Positions 17,910 to 29,700 of a stretch of DNA of 64,000 nucleotides are shown in pieces (positions within the stretch are counted from its first letter, which is position 1; the number at the start of each line of letters is the position of its first letter). Below the pieces are notes generated by a model. That model searched no databases. It had not been told where the DNA came from and saw only the letters and a list, made by a program, of their open reading frames with translations. The position numbers and the translations under genes were made by a program. Source of the stretch: an uncultured Bacteroidales bacterium (GTDB lineage: Bacteria; Bacteroidota; Bacteroidia; Bacteroidales; GCA-2748055). The stretch spans positions 9,492-73,491 of the forward strand of contig CAVXNX010000004.1 of NCBI GenBank assembly GCA_963763215.1, given 5' to 3'.

Positions 17910-20057
17910 TTGCTGAAAGCCACTGCATATAATCATTTTCCTGATCCTTTTTCCGTTGATTCATTCCTTTGCTTCCCCCGGATATTCCATTTACCTGCAG
18001 GGGAAGGCGGGCATCATCCCGGATCAGACCGACAGCCTGATCTCCGGCGTGGCCAAAAATGATTCTTCTTCCCTCCCGCTTCATTCCTCTGTTAAAAAAG
18101 AAACTGAATGACCTGAAACCGCAGCAGAAGCTCCGCTATTTCGAGGTTCTCGGCAATTATTACTACGCCGGTGAAAACCCGGATTCTGCCATCCATTATT
18201 ACAGGATGGGGCTGGCGGCCGCCCGGGAGACTGACAATGCCTATTATATTGCGTCCTTTCATCTCTGGCTGGGGATCAATTACAATATCAAGTCGGAATA
18301 TGAACCGGCACTGAGTGAACTGACCCTGGCAGAAGAGACGGCTGCTCTGACCGATTCCATAAAGCTCCAGAACACCGTTGTCCGGAACAAGGGTAATGTT
18401 TACTGGGGCATGGGGGTTTACGAGAAAGCCCTTGAGAACTACTTCCGCTCGCTGAAGATCAGTGAAGATAACCATTTCAACAGCGACATCGCCTCTTCGC
18501 TCAACAACATCGGGAACGTATACCAGTCGATCAGCGATTACCCCAGGGCACGTGAGTACTATTCCCGGTCGCTTTCGCTCGCTGAAAAAAATAACTTTAA
18601 TCTGGTGGCTGCCATTACATCAAACAATATCGGCGACCTTCTGCTTCTTCAAAAAAAATACGACAGTGCGCTCGTGTATTTCAACCGGAGTCTCCGTCTT
18701 TCCACCAGCCTGGGTTCAAAGTTTTACCAGGGGATAGCCCTTTTCAACATCGGCGATACGTATCTTCAGAATGACTCGGCGGAAGTGGCGAGGGCATTCA
18801 TCAACCGTTCGCTGACCAAAGCCACCGAGGCGGGCGACAGGCTTGGGATCGCCGAATGTTACCTCAAACTCGGTGAAATTTTCCTGAACGGATCGTCACC
18901 ACGGAAAGCCGAGACCTTCCTCGATTCGGGAATGCTCATGGCTGAGCAGATCGGCTCGCTCAGGTTGCTTGATCAGGCCCATGAATTAAAGACCCAGTTT
19001 TACAACGAGCTTTCCGATTTCCCGTCTGCCTATAAAACCCTTGAGAAAAGACTGGCCCTGAAAGACAGCATCTTCAAGCAGGAAAGCGGGAAAAATATTG
19101 CCAAGCTCGAAGCCAGGAACCGCGAAGAGCAGAGGAAACGCCAGATCGATGAACTGAAAAGGGAAAAGATCAACAACCGGAATATCTTCCTGGTGGGGAC
19201 TGTTCGCCCTGCTGATCATCCTGGTACTGATCTTCATCGGGTTGAGGAACAGCCGGAAGAAGAACGCCATCCTTTCGGCAAAAAATCAGGAGATCGAGAA
19301 ACAACGTCAGCTTCTCATCCAGAAAAATGATGAGCTGATCAGGTCCCAGGCGGAACTGAAAAAGATCGATACTGGCAAGGACCGGTTCCTGACGATCATT
19401 TCCCATGATCTGAAGAACCCGGTAAGCGCCATGCGGGGATTCGTCGAATTACTGATCAACCGTTTCGACAAGCTGGATGATGAAGATAAGAAACGGTTTC
19501 TCCAGGAGGTCTTCGATTCAACCGAACGGATCAGCCTCCTGATCAGTAACATCCTCTACTGGGTACGCACCCAGACTCGGGACTGAAGGTCCAGCCGGTG
19601 ACCTTCAACCTTTACAAGCGCGTCCATGACAACCTGTCACTTTACCGGATCATTGCCAACGGAAAAGCGATACAGCTCGTCAACAATGTCCCCGAAGATC
19701 TCGATATGAAGGGCGACATCAATATTTACGATACGATCTTCCGTAACCTGATCTCGAATTCCCTGAAGTTCACCGATTGCAGCGGAACAATTTCATTCAA
19801 TGCAGAACGACCGGAACGGCAAGGTCGTGATTTCCGTCACCGATGACGGCATCGGGTTCGACCGGGAAAAACTCGATGATTTTATGATCAGGAACGAACA
19901 GTATTCGACTACGGGAACCCTCCATGAAAAAGGAACGGGGTTAGGGCTTTCTCTCGTCAGGGAATGCGTCCATTACCTCAACGCTGAACTGGAAATCGAA
20001 TCCAGCCCCGGACACGGCACATCGGTCAGGATCATCGCACCCGTCAATGAAGCGTAG
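17910..20057 (+). CDS. TPR-repeat membrane sensor histidine kinase, split by about four 1-nt frameshifts (start approximate)
   Basis: ORF pieces 18059-19330 (TPRs), 19242-19586 (IISHDLKNP H-box), 19598-19846 (RNLISNSLKF) and 19800-20057 (DDGIG, GTGLGL); signal-like peptide in another frame near 17917. Confidence 0.85.
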
Positions 20058-20164
20058 CTGTCCGGTTATCCCCATTTCATTTTGTGATGTGACGCCTTCA
20101 TTTTTTTCCTTTCCGGTAGCTGAGATTTTGACAAGAAATGCGATAAAGGGTAAAAATCCTTTTC

Positions 20165-20482
20165 ATGACCCTATCCACCTATTTTGACCGGCTGAAAAAA
20201 ATGGACTATCTCATCCGTACCCGGTCAACCGGCAAGCCTGCTGCGCTGGCGAAAAAAATGGGACTTTCGGAACGCCAAACCTACACCTGCCTGAATGAAC
20301 TCAGGGAACTCGGCGCCCCGGTAACCTGGTCTTATGCCGATGAAAGTTACATCTATACGGAAGAAGGCCGGCTGCAGATCCGGTTCATTCCTTTTTTCCC
20401 GGGGACCGGTAGCAAAACGAATGCTATGAAACACATGTCCACCTTCCGGCGGGTTTCGCCTCATTTCGCCTTGCCATCCTGA
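20165..20482 (+). CDS. Small winged-HTH DNA-binding protein
   Basis: DYLIRTRSTGKPAALAKKMGLSERQTYTCLNELRELGAPV...SYIY, an HTH_11-like pattern. Confidence 0.75.
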   Translation: MTLSTYFDRLKKMDYLIRTRSTGKPAALAKKMGLSERQTYTCLNELRELGAPVTWSYADESYIYTEEGRLQIRFIPFFPGTGSKTNAMKHMSTFRRVSPHFALPS

Positions 20483-20652
20483 TAATTATCTATAAAAGAA
20501 AAAGATACACTATCACCTAATTGAATATTCAACAAAAAAATCTCTTTCCAACCTGCAATTTTTTGGTTCAGAATTGCATTTTGTTTAAATTACTTCTATA
20601 TTTACTGTGATTGATCGATTCTCCTTTTTTCTCGTACTAACTAAAACACCTC

Positions 20653-20682
20653 AAAGGCAGACTTCTCATCTGCCTTTTTTTT
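20653..20682 (+). terminator. Intrinsic terminator, possibly bidirectional
   Basis: AAAGGCAGA-CTTCTCA-TCTGCCTTT plus T-run. Confidence 0.8.
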
Positions 20683-22019
20683 ATTCCCTGAACCGTGAAA
20701 AGATCAGGGCCGCAAGCATACAAATCGTGAACCCTGCCCAGGCGCTCATCCTTATCCCCAGGTCATTTCCGGGATCCCTTCCGAACAAGGTGCAGATGGC
20801 AAAACCCATCACCCCGATGGTCTGACCCAGTTTGTCGGCAAACGTCCGGATGGCAAAATACATCCCCTCGGTCTTTTCGCCCGTAGCTCTGGCATCTTCA
20901 TCGGCTAGTTCTGCCACGAGGGCATAGGGAAGGATGCCCAGTACCGCCACCGGGAAGGAAGCCCCTGCGCTCACCAGGAAAAGCTGAAGGTTCGGGGAAA
21001 TATCAACCAGGCCCATGAAGGAGATCACCAGGAACAGGAACGCAAAGATCAGGAAGGCCAGAACGATCAGCTTCTTTTTTCCATGCCTGGATGCCAGCCG
21101 GATCACCAGAGGGTAAAAGAAGAGGGAAAGCAGGATCATCATCGCCATGGCCAGGGATCCTCTTTTTTCGGGCAATCCGAGCAATACTTTGACATAGTAG
21201 AGGATCCCGCCGGAAATGATCGCAAGGGTGATGAAGAAGGATGCATCAGCTGCCAGGAAAATCATGAAACGCCTGTTCGTGAAGCTTTTATGCAACGACT
21301 TGAACATATTGATCCGGGATGGAACCGGGTCACAGTATTTTTTCTCATTGACCGTTATCAGCGGCAGGATCATGCAGACCACCGCCACCGAAACCACGAC
21401 AAGGATAGCCAACTGGTAGCTCCGGCTTACATCGCTGAAGGTGAACCGGGAATTCAATATGGTTGCGATCTGAGGAATCTGGGAGGAAATGATGATGCCC
21501 AACACGAACATGAAAGACAGCAGGGTGGACAGCCGGAGCTTTTTGTCCTTCTCCCTTGCCAGCTCAGGCATCAGGGCATTGAACGGGACAATGTACATGG
21601 TGAGCGAGATGTAGAACAGAGCTCTGCATAATGAACAGCCATCGGTAATTCATTGGGGTCTCGGTATGATACCGGGGGTGGAAAAGAAGGATACAGAAAA
21701 TGACCGAAGGCAGAACCGAAACCACCATGAAAGGGATCCGCCGTCCCCATGGGGAAGTCAGCCGGTCGCTGAACCAGGCGATGAGCGGATCCGTAATGGC
21801 ATCGATCAGTCTGCCCGAGGCCAGGATAAGTGAAAAGACCGTGAAAATGCCAAATATGGCCGTATTGGGGATCAGTACCGGCAGCCCCGAATTATCCGGA
21901 GGAAGGTAATAATAGATGAGCATTACCGAAATGGTATTCATCAGGATGGACCAACCGGCCATTCCGGCACTGTAGGCAATCAAATTTTGAATTCCGGCAA
22001 ATTCAGCTTTTTTCTCCAT
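20681..22019 (-). CDS. MFS glycoside-pentoside-hexuronide (MelB-like) transporter, one frameshift near 21620
   Basis: GRLIDAITDPLIAWFSDR...WGRRIPF in 21564-22121; YIVPFNALMPEL...GEKTEGMYFA in 20681-21598. Confidence 0.85.
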
Positions 22020-22193
22020 CCGGCCTGGTATTAACAGAATATTAACAATCCAGAATGGCGAATTCCCATTTTTAACCCGGTGTTGATAAAATAATTCCGG
22101 CTTATTTACCGGAAATTCCATTGAATATTAGGAAGTTAATCCTTTTTTTCATAATTTAACTTCTGAACGCTTTTAATTACCAAGCCGTTTCGG

Positions 22194-22787
22194 ATGAAAT
22201 CCTACACTGATCAGGAGATCATCAACGGGATTGCCCATGATGATCGGAAGGTTTTTGTCTACATTTACAATCGGTTTTTTCCGATGATTGACAGGATGGT
22301 TTTTAATTTGGGCGGCAAGCATGAGGATGCGGAAGATATTTTCCAGGAAACCATACTGACAGTGTGCCGGAAAATCAAATCCGGCGAACTGCGACTCTGC
22401 TGTAAGTTCAGCACCTACATTTATGCCGTTGGAAAGAAACTCTGGCTCCAGCAGCTGAAATCGGCTGCTATGAAAAATGTCCAACACGAAATGCCCGTCG
22501 ATGTGGTGTGCGAGCCCGGTCCCGAAAAAACAGAAGAACTTCCCTTCCATGGTCTCTTGGACAAACACCTGAAAAATCTCAGCATGGATTGTCAGAAGAT
22601 CCTCCGGTTGCATTTTAACAGGGCAACCATCGAAGAGATCATGAAAATCATGAACTACACCAACGCGCATTATACCATGGACAGGAAATACCGGTGCAAG
22701 CAAAGCCTGGTGAAAAGAATCATTAATGACCCCGATTTTAAAGCTTTAAATGATGAACTCAGCCGAGAGGACAGAAAAATATATTGA
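22194..22787 (+). CDS. ECF sigma-70 factor
   Basis: DAEDIFQET (region 2), FSTYIYAVGKKLW, region 4 CQKILRLHF..IEEIMKIMNY...KYRC. Confidence 0.88.
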   Translation: MKSYTDQEIINGIAHDDRKVFVYIYNRFFPMIDRMVFNLGGKHEDAEDIFQETILTVCRKIKSGELRLCCKFSTYIYAVGKKLWLQQLKSAAMKNVQHEMPVDVVCEPGPEKTEELPFHGLLDKHLKNLSMDCQKILRLHFNRATIEEIMKIMNYTNAHYTMDRKYRCKQSLVKRIINDPDFKALNDELSREDRKIY

Positions 22788-23545
22788 GGGATTACTCAGT
22801 AAGGAAGAAAAGAAGGCTTTTGAGAAAGAGATGAAAACCGACCCTGATCTCAGGGAGCGTGTCAGGGAAAGATTAAAACTCATGGAGGTCTTCCAGGAAA
22901 AATTCAAATATCCCACCTCCGCCCTGGAGGAGCTTCCCGACGAGATGTTCCTGGACAGAACCCAGGAACTCGGGATCGATGACGACCTGTACCGTTTTTA
23001 TTACCACTATGAAGGAAAGCCGGGGGAAACCGAACGCCCTGATCGACCGGATCAGGGCCGCAAAAACCGTTGCTCCCGCCTCCCCCGTCCTGAGGATCAT
23101 CATGATTGCCGCAACGGTCCTGTTTATTGCCATCGTCAGCGCAGGGTTAATCAAGCTGTCGCAACACAACCGCCAGGCAGAATTTGGCGATAAACTGTTT
23201 GCCACATATTTTCAGCCGCAAAACGATCCGGCATTTTCACATTTCTCCGGGAACGCTTACCCGGAACTCCTCAGATCACAGCATGTCAGTGATGCCAACC
23301 TGATCTATTTTGCAATCCAGCGCATGCAGGGTCAGGATTTCAAAATGGCCGAAAAAGTTCTATCCGACGTCATCAGCCATAATTCCCCGGAATTTTCTGC
23401 GGCAGCTCATTGGTACCATGGCCTTACCCTGATTAAAACAGGCAGGATCAGGGAGGCCGGCGACGAATTCGGGAAGCTGTGTAAGGCAGGCGGTGAATAC
23501 GCATCCCATTCCTGCAATATCCTCGCAGACTTATCCAAAAAGTAG
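22750..23545 (+). CDS. Putative anti-sigma factor with one TM helix and a periplasmic TPR, frameshift near 23025
   Basis: EKYIEGLLSKEEKKAFEKEMKTDPDL anti-sigma-like N-terminus; TM IMIAATVLFIAIVSAGLI; C-terminal AHWYHGLTLIK TPR; overlaps the sigma gene. Confidence 0.7.
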
Positions 23546-23597
23546 ACTGTTATCTCCGAATTATTTTTAAATTAGCCGATCATCCTTATTTTTGAGT

Positions 23598-25784
23598 ATG
23601 GTTTCATTCCCCTTTTATAAACAGCTGGACGCCATGGACTGCGGTCCGTCCTGCCTCAGGATGATCGCCAAACACTATGGCCGGACTTTTTCTCTCCAGA
23701 CGCTGCGTGAAAAGAGCTACATCACCCGTCAGGGCGTCTCTCTCCTGGGCATCAGCGATGCCGCCGAAAGCATCGGCTTCAGAAGTCTCGGCGTTTCCCT
23801 CACCGTCAGCCAGCTCGTCAAAGAAGCCCCCCTGCCACTCATCGCCCATTGGAAGCAGAACCATTTTGTCGTCGTTTATAAAATCAAAAATGACAGGATA
23901 TACGTGGCCGACCCGGCTTACGGCCTGATCAAATATTCGCGGAGCGAGTTTTTGAAAGGATGGATCAGCGATAAAACGGAAAATGAGCACAAGGGACTTG
24001 CCCTTCTGCTCGAACCGACGCCCGATTTTTACGCCAACCCCGGCGAGAAAATCAACAGGACACATTTCAACTTCCTGTTCCGATACCTGAAACCCCACCG
24101 AAAATTAGTAGTCCAGTTGATCATCGGCGTGTTTCTGGCCAGCATTCTTCAGCTGATTTTTCCGTTCCTTACCCAGGCGATCGTCGATTATGGGATCAAC
24201 AACCAGGATATCTCCTTTATTACGCTCATTCTCCTTGCACAGCTCCTGGTGATCATCAGCAGGCAGTCGGTCGAATTTATCCGGGGTTGGATCCTTCTCC
24301 ATCTCAGCACCCGGGTCAATGTCTCGCTGATCTCTGATTTCCTGATCAAACTGATGAAGCTTCCGCTGAGCTTCTTCGACACCAAGCTCATCGGCGATCT
24401 CCTTCAGCGTATTGCCGACCATCGGCGAATCGAAAACTTCCTGACCAATTCATCCCTCGACATTCTGTTTTCCTTTGTCAGTATCGTTGTTTTCGGTATC
24501 GTCCTGGGCATTTACAGTCTGAAGATCCTGATCATCTTCCTGGTGGGATCCCTCCTGTACTTCATCTGGGTTTACCTTTTCATGCACCGTCGCCGCGAGC
24601 TGAACTTCAGGCAGTTTGGGCTGCAGTCGGAAAACCAGAGCAAACTGATCCAGATCATCAACGGGATGGAGGAAATCAAACTGAATAATGCCGACAAAGA
24701 GAAACGCTGGGAATGGGAAGAGATCCAGGCTTCACTCTTCAAGGTGAACATCCGGAATCTGTCGCTTGACCAGTACCAGCAAGCCGGCGCTGTTTTCCTC
24801 AATGAGATCAAAAACATCATGATCATCTTCCTGGCAGCCACCGCCGTGGTCAAGGGACAGATGACCCTGGGTATGATGCTGGCCGTTTCCTACATTCTCG
24901 GCCAGCTGAACAGTCCCATAGACCGGATGGTCTGGTTCATGCGCACGGCCCAGGATGCGAAGATCAGCCTGGAACGTCTCGGAGAGATTCATGAAAACAA
25001 GGATGAAGAAGAGGAAGCCCGTCATCTCGACCTTCCTTCGACGGGAAAAAATATCCGGATCCGGGATCTGACCTTCCGCTATGAGGGTCCTTATTCACGC
25101 GATGTCCTGAAAAACCTGAACCTTGAGATCCCGGAAAATAAGGTGACAGCCATCGTCGGGGTGAGCGGCAGCGGGAAAACAACCCTGATCAAGCTTCTCC
25201 TGGGATATTACCCTCCCACACAAGGCGATATCCGGATCGGCGACCAGAGTATCCGGACCCTCAGCCATTCCGAATGGAGAAAACGGTGTGGCGTGGTCCT
25301 CCAGAACGGTTACATTTTCTCCGACACGATCGCCAGGAATATCACCCTGGGTGCGGAAGAATTCGATGCCGGGCGGATGGTCACCGCAGCACGGATCGCC
25401 AATATCAACGAGTTTATCGAACGACTGCCTGTGGGCTACAACACGAAAATCGGCCAGGAAGGGCATATGCTCAGCGGCGGTGAAAAACAGCGCGTCCTCA
25501 TCGCCCGGGCGGTTTATAAAAACCCGGATTTCCTGTTCATCGACGAAGGCACAAGCTCACTCGATGCCAACAATGAAAAACGGATCATGCAGAACCTGGA
25601 AGAGTTTTATGCGGGAAAGACCGTCATTATCGTGGCCCACCGGCTCAGTACGGTAATGAATGCACACCAGATCGTCGTTCTCGATGGCGGAAAAATCGTT
25701 GAGATCGGAACACACGGCGAACTGACCGGGATCAGGGGACATTATTACAACCTCGTGCGGAACCAACTCGAAATGGGCGTCTGA
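23598..25784 (+). CDS. Peptidase C39 domain-containing ABC exporter (PCAT)
   Basis: QLDAMDCGPSCL (Cys), HWKQNHFVV (His), ADPAYG (Asp); ABC membrane domain; GVSGSGKTT, LSGGEKQR, IDEGTSSLD. Confidence 0.93.
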   Translation: MVSFPFYKQLDAMDCGPSCLRMIAKHYGRTFSLQTLREKSYITRQGVSLLGISDAAESIGFRSLGVSLTVSQLVKEAPLPLIAHWKQNHFVVVYKIKNDRIYVADPAYGLIKYSRSEFLKGWISDKTENEHKGLALLLEPTPDFYANPGEKINRTHFNFLFRYLKPHRKLVVQLIIGVFLASILQLIFPFLTQAIVDYGINNQDISFITLILLAQLLVIISRQSVEFIRGWILLHLSTRVNVSLISDFLIKLMKLPLSFFDTKLIGDLLQRIADHRRIENFLTNSSLDILFSFVSIVVFGIVLGIYSLKILIIFLVGSLLYFIWVYLFMHRRRELNFRQFGLQSENQSKLIQIINGMEEIKLNNADKEKRWEWEEIQASLFKVNIRNLSLDQYQQAGAVFLNEIKNIMIIFLAATAVVKGQMTLGMMLAVSYILGQLNSPIDRMVWFMRTAQDAKISLERLGEIHENKDEEEEARHLDLPSTGKNIRIRDLTFRYEGPYSRDVLKNLNLEIPENKVTAIVGVSGSGKTTLIKLLLGYYPPTQGDIRIGDQSIRTLSHSEWRKRCGVVLQNGYIFSDTIARNITLGAEEFDAGRMVTAARIANINEFIERLPVGYNTKIGQEGHMLSGGEKQRVLIARAVYKNPDFLFIDEGTSSLDANNEKRIMQNLEEFYAGKTVIIVAHRLSTVMNAHQIVVLDGGKIVEIGTHGELTGIRGHYYNLVRNQLEMGV

Positions 25785-25785
25785 T

Positions 25786-26790
25786 TCACATGTCAAAATC
25801 GGTCTCATCCTTCTTGATCCACCTGAACCGTCTCACACTGTTATCTCCGAACCGCAATCCGAGCATGAGCTCATGCGATCCCGAGCTATAATTCCGGATC
25901 GACCCGAGTGAGGCATCAAAGGCATAACCGAAATAAAACATGTCCACGCTCATTCCCACCATCGTCACCATGGTTTTATTGGTGCGGTAAGAAAGTCCGA
26001 ACCAGTATTCATCCTGGTAGTAAAGCTTGCCGCTGATATCGGTCTGGAAATCGAATTTGGTGGCCCGGACAAGAAAAGAGGGCTCAAGGATGAAGTTATC
26101 GTCGAGGCTGAAACGGTAGCCTCCCATGAGGTTGAAGTCCCTCGCCGTCCTGAAATTATCCTTGATCGGATCCTTCCCGAGTTTCAGGGCCGATCCGAAC
26201 AGATCGGTGAGCGATGCTCCGCCGTACAATTTATTATTGGTGACGAACACTCCCGCAGTGGCATCGGGGACCCAGAATTGTTTCTTGTTGCCATCCAGCA
26301 GGGGATCTCCTGTATCATGAAGCAAAGCCTCTGAATCATCCAGTTTGTACTGGTATGCCGAGCCCGACAATCCCATGGACAGTTGGAAGGCATTGTTGAA
26401 ATTGAGGTGATAGGCATACGTCAGCTGGATGCCCGTTTTGTTGATGATCCCGTTCCTGTCCGAATAAATATTGGCGCCCAGTCCGACATTGGCGATCCGG
26501 GAAGCCTGGTTGGCATCTTTCCGGATTCTCAGGGCTCGCCTGATATAGGAATCATTCATGAGCCGTGTCTGGGCCGACAGGGCAAAAGTGCGGGGGGCAT
26601 TCTCAAACCCGAGGTATTGTTCCCGGGCGATCATGTTGATGGTACTGATGCCATTTCCCCCGGCCACCGCCGGATTGATAAGGAACTTGTTCACCATGTA
26701 CTGGCTGAAAACCGGTGACTGCTGTCCGTAAGCCTGAAGCCCTGCACAGAGCAGGAGCGCTAAGACCGATATTTTGCTGAATCGTTTCAT
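25786..26790 (-). CDS. T9SS membrane protein PorP/SprF family
   Basis: QQSPVFSQYMVNKFLINPAVAG, REQYLG..APRT, YAYH, GYAFD...GSHELMLG. Confidence 0.92.
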   Translation of the reverse strand: MKRFSKISVLALLLCAGLQAYGQQSPVFSQYMVNKFLINPAVAGGNGISTINMIAREQYLGFENAPRTFALSAQTRLMNDSYIRRALRIRKDANQASRIANVGLGANIYSDRNGIINKTGIQLTYAYHLNFNNAFQLSMGLSGSAYQYKLDDSEALLHDTGDPLLDGNKKQFWVPDATAGVFVTNNKLYGGASLTDLFGSALKLGKDPIKDNFRTARDFNLMGGYRFSLDDNFILEPSFLVRATKFDFQTDISGKLYYQDEYWFGLSYRTNKTMVTMVGMSVDMFYFGYAFDASLGSIRNYSSGSHELMLGLRFGDNSVRRFRWIKKDETDFDM

Positions 26791-26792
26791 TT

Positions 26793-29700
26793 CTACCTGA
26801 CAATTGTAATATTTCCGATGACCGGTTTCATCCCGTTATTCAGATCGATAACATAATGGTAGGATTCCATCGGCAGTTCTTTGCCGTCAGAGGTTCCATC
26901 CCATGGCTGATCATATCCCTTCGAATAGAAGACCCGTTTACCCCAGCGATCATAAATCTGCACGGTCACGCCGGAATAAAGGCTGAGACCTTCGATCTGC
27001 CATGTATCGTTCAATCCGTCACCATTGGGGGTGATGATCCCGGGGATCTGGAAACAGACATCATTGATGTATCCAAGAGTAAAGGCATTGCCCGCCTGGC
27101 AATTGTTGGCATCGGTGATTTCCACGCGTAGGTGCCGGGGGCGAGGTTTGTCAGCACCTGTTCCGAACTTCCGCCGTTATCCCAGCTATAGGCATACGGC
27201 GGTGTTCCCCCGCTGACGGTAAGGTCAATTTCACCATCGGAAGCATCGGGGCATTTGGCGTCATTCACGTTGCCGTTGACAACGAGAGTCTGCGGGCTGA
27301 TCAATGGTAACCGCTGCCGATCCGCTGCAGGAACGGGCATCGGTGACCGTGACGGTATAATCCCCGGCGGCCATTCCGCCCAGTGTCTGACCGGTTTGAC
27401 CGTCACTCCATTCAAAGGTGAAGGGGGCGAGACCTTTGGTCACGGTTACGGTCGCGGTTCCGTTCGAACCTCCCGGGCAGCTGACCTGCTCGTATTGGAT
27501 CGAAGGCTCGGGATTCGGGTAGACATGGACGGTCACCGGATCTGATTCCAGGCTGCGGACGCCGGATGCATTCGTAATGACAAGGCTGTATGAGCCCGAT
27601 GCATTCACCGTGATGGACTGCGTGGTCTCACCCGTGGACCAGAGCCATGAGGAGGCCGTTTCTCCGGTAAGCCCGACAGACTGTCCCTCGCAGAGTTCCG
27701 TGGAGCCTGACACGCTGACCGTAGGTTTGGGGAGAAGGTTGCTGACCACAACGTCGACAGGGTCAGAGGAGGGTCCTGTACAACCCTGTGCCGAGACGGC
27801 CTGTACGGAATAGCTTCCCGCTGCCGAGACATAGATCTCCTGTGTTCCGGCTCCGGTCGACCAGAGGTAACCTTCGGCCGGTGAAGAGCTGAGAAGAAGG
27901 CTGTCGCCCTGGAGAATGGTCACTTCCCCGGAAGGGGTGATCACCGGTGCTGGCGGCAGGGGATGAACTTCAATGGTGACAGGATCGGACGCCGGACTGA
28001 AGCATCCGCCGTCACGGAAACCTGCACACTCAGGGTACCGGACTGTTCTGCCGTGATGGTGCGGGTGGTCTGCCCATCCGACCAGCGGTAGGACGTGGCA
28101 AGCGGAGCGCTCAGTTCCACACTCCCGCCCTCGCAGAACGAAAGGTCACCAGTTACCTTGATGCCGGGTTTGGCAGGCAGGACCTGAACTGTGACGTCGA
28201 CGGGATCACTTTCGGGGGCGGTGCAACCGTTACTGTCGGTGATCTTCACGGTGTAGGAACCGGACAGGGTGACCGGGATCTGCGCCGTTGAAGCCCCGGT
28301 GGACCACAGATAGTCGGCGGCGGTTGTCGCAACGGACAGACACGGCCGTATCTCCTTCACAGAGATCGACGGGTCCTGAAGGAACAATCACCGGTTTTGC
28401 CGGCAGGGCATGGATGGTGAGAGCCACAGCATCACTTTCCGGGCTGAGGCATCCGTTGGTATCTTCAACATGAAGGGAGAGTGATCCGCTGACCATGGCG
28501 AAGACTTCGCGGGAATGGCTTCCATCGGACCAGAAATACGATGTGGCGGCGGAACTCTCCAGTTTGACGGTATCGCCTTCGCAGACTTCCGTACTTGTCA
28601 GAGGGGTGATCACCGGTTTCGCGGGAAGAGGATCCTGCTGGACGACAACATCGTCGGAGACGGGGCTGACACAGCCTGAAGCATCGAATATCCTGACATT
28701 CAGGGTATCCGAATTATTGACGGTGACCGTCCGGCCCATTTCACCCGTCGACCAGAGGTAATGGTCGGCCACGGGGGCACTCAGTTCCACACTTCCTCCC
28801 TCACAGAATGAGAGGTTGCCTGATGCGGTTATGGTGGGTTTTGAAGGCAGGGCATTTACCGTGATCTCCACGGGATCACTGACGGGGCTCTTACACCCGT
28901 CGACATCGGAGACCGTCACCGTATAGCTTCCGGCCCCGGACACCCCGATTTTATCCGACACCTCACCGGTGGACCAGAGATAGGCGGATGCAGGAGTCAC
29001 CGTGCCTAATTGGGCGGTGTCACCTTCACAAACAGCAAGAGGACCCGAAGGAGTGATCACCGGTTTGGCGGGGCGTGAACGGACAGTCACCATGACCGGG
29101 ACACTCTCTGCACTGGTACACCCACCGGCATCCTCGACATGCAGGGAGATTGAACCGGAAGTTGTCATCACCGCATTCTGCCCGCCCGTGCCATCGGACC
29201 AGAAATAGGACGCTGCCGGCGTGCTGCGCAGCTTCACCGTATCGCCTTCGCAGACAGTGGTGTCTGTCAGGGCGGTGATCACCGGTTTTGGAACAACGGT
29301 GATCTGAACGGTGACCGGATCAGATTCGGGGGAAGGGCATCCCCACTGGTCCTTCGTCGTCAATGAATAATTACCCGCCTCCGAAACGGTGACCGACCGT
29401 GTGTGATCGCCGGTAGACCAGATGTAGGAGAATGCTGAATCGGACATCAGTGTCAGGTTGTCGCCTTCGCAAATATCAACAGTCCCGGCGGGCGAGATGG
29501 CCGGTTTGCCAGGAGCGTCGTCAACGTAAATCCGGATCGAGCGCTGTACAGAATTCCCGTTTTTATCGGTGACCGTAACGGTATAGAGTGTTGTAACCGA
29601 AGGGTAAACTTCGGTGGTATCATTCGCCGGATCAGACAAACTGTCGGCCGGTGACCAGGAATAGGTGAAGGGTCCCTGGCCGGTTACATCCACGTAAAGC

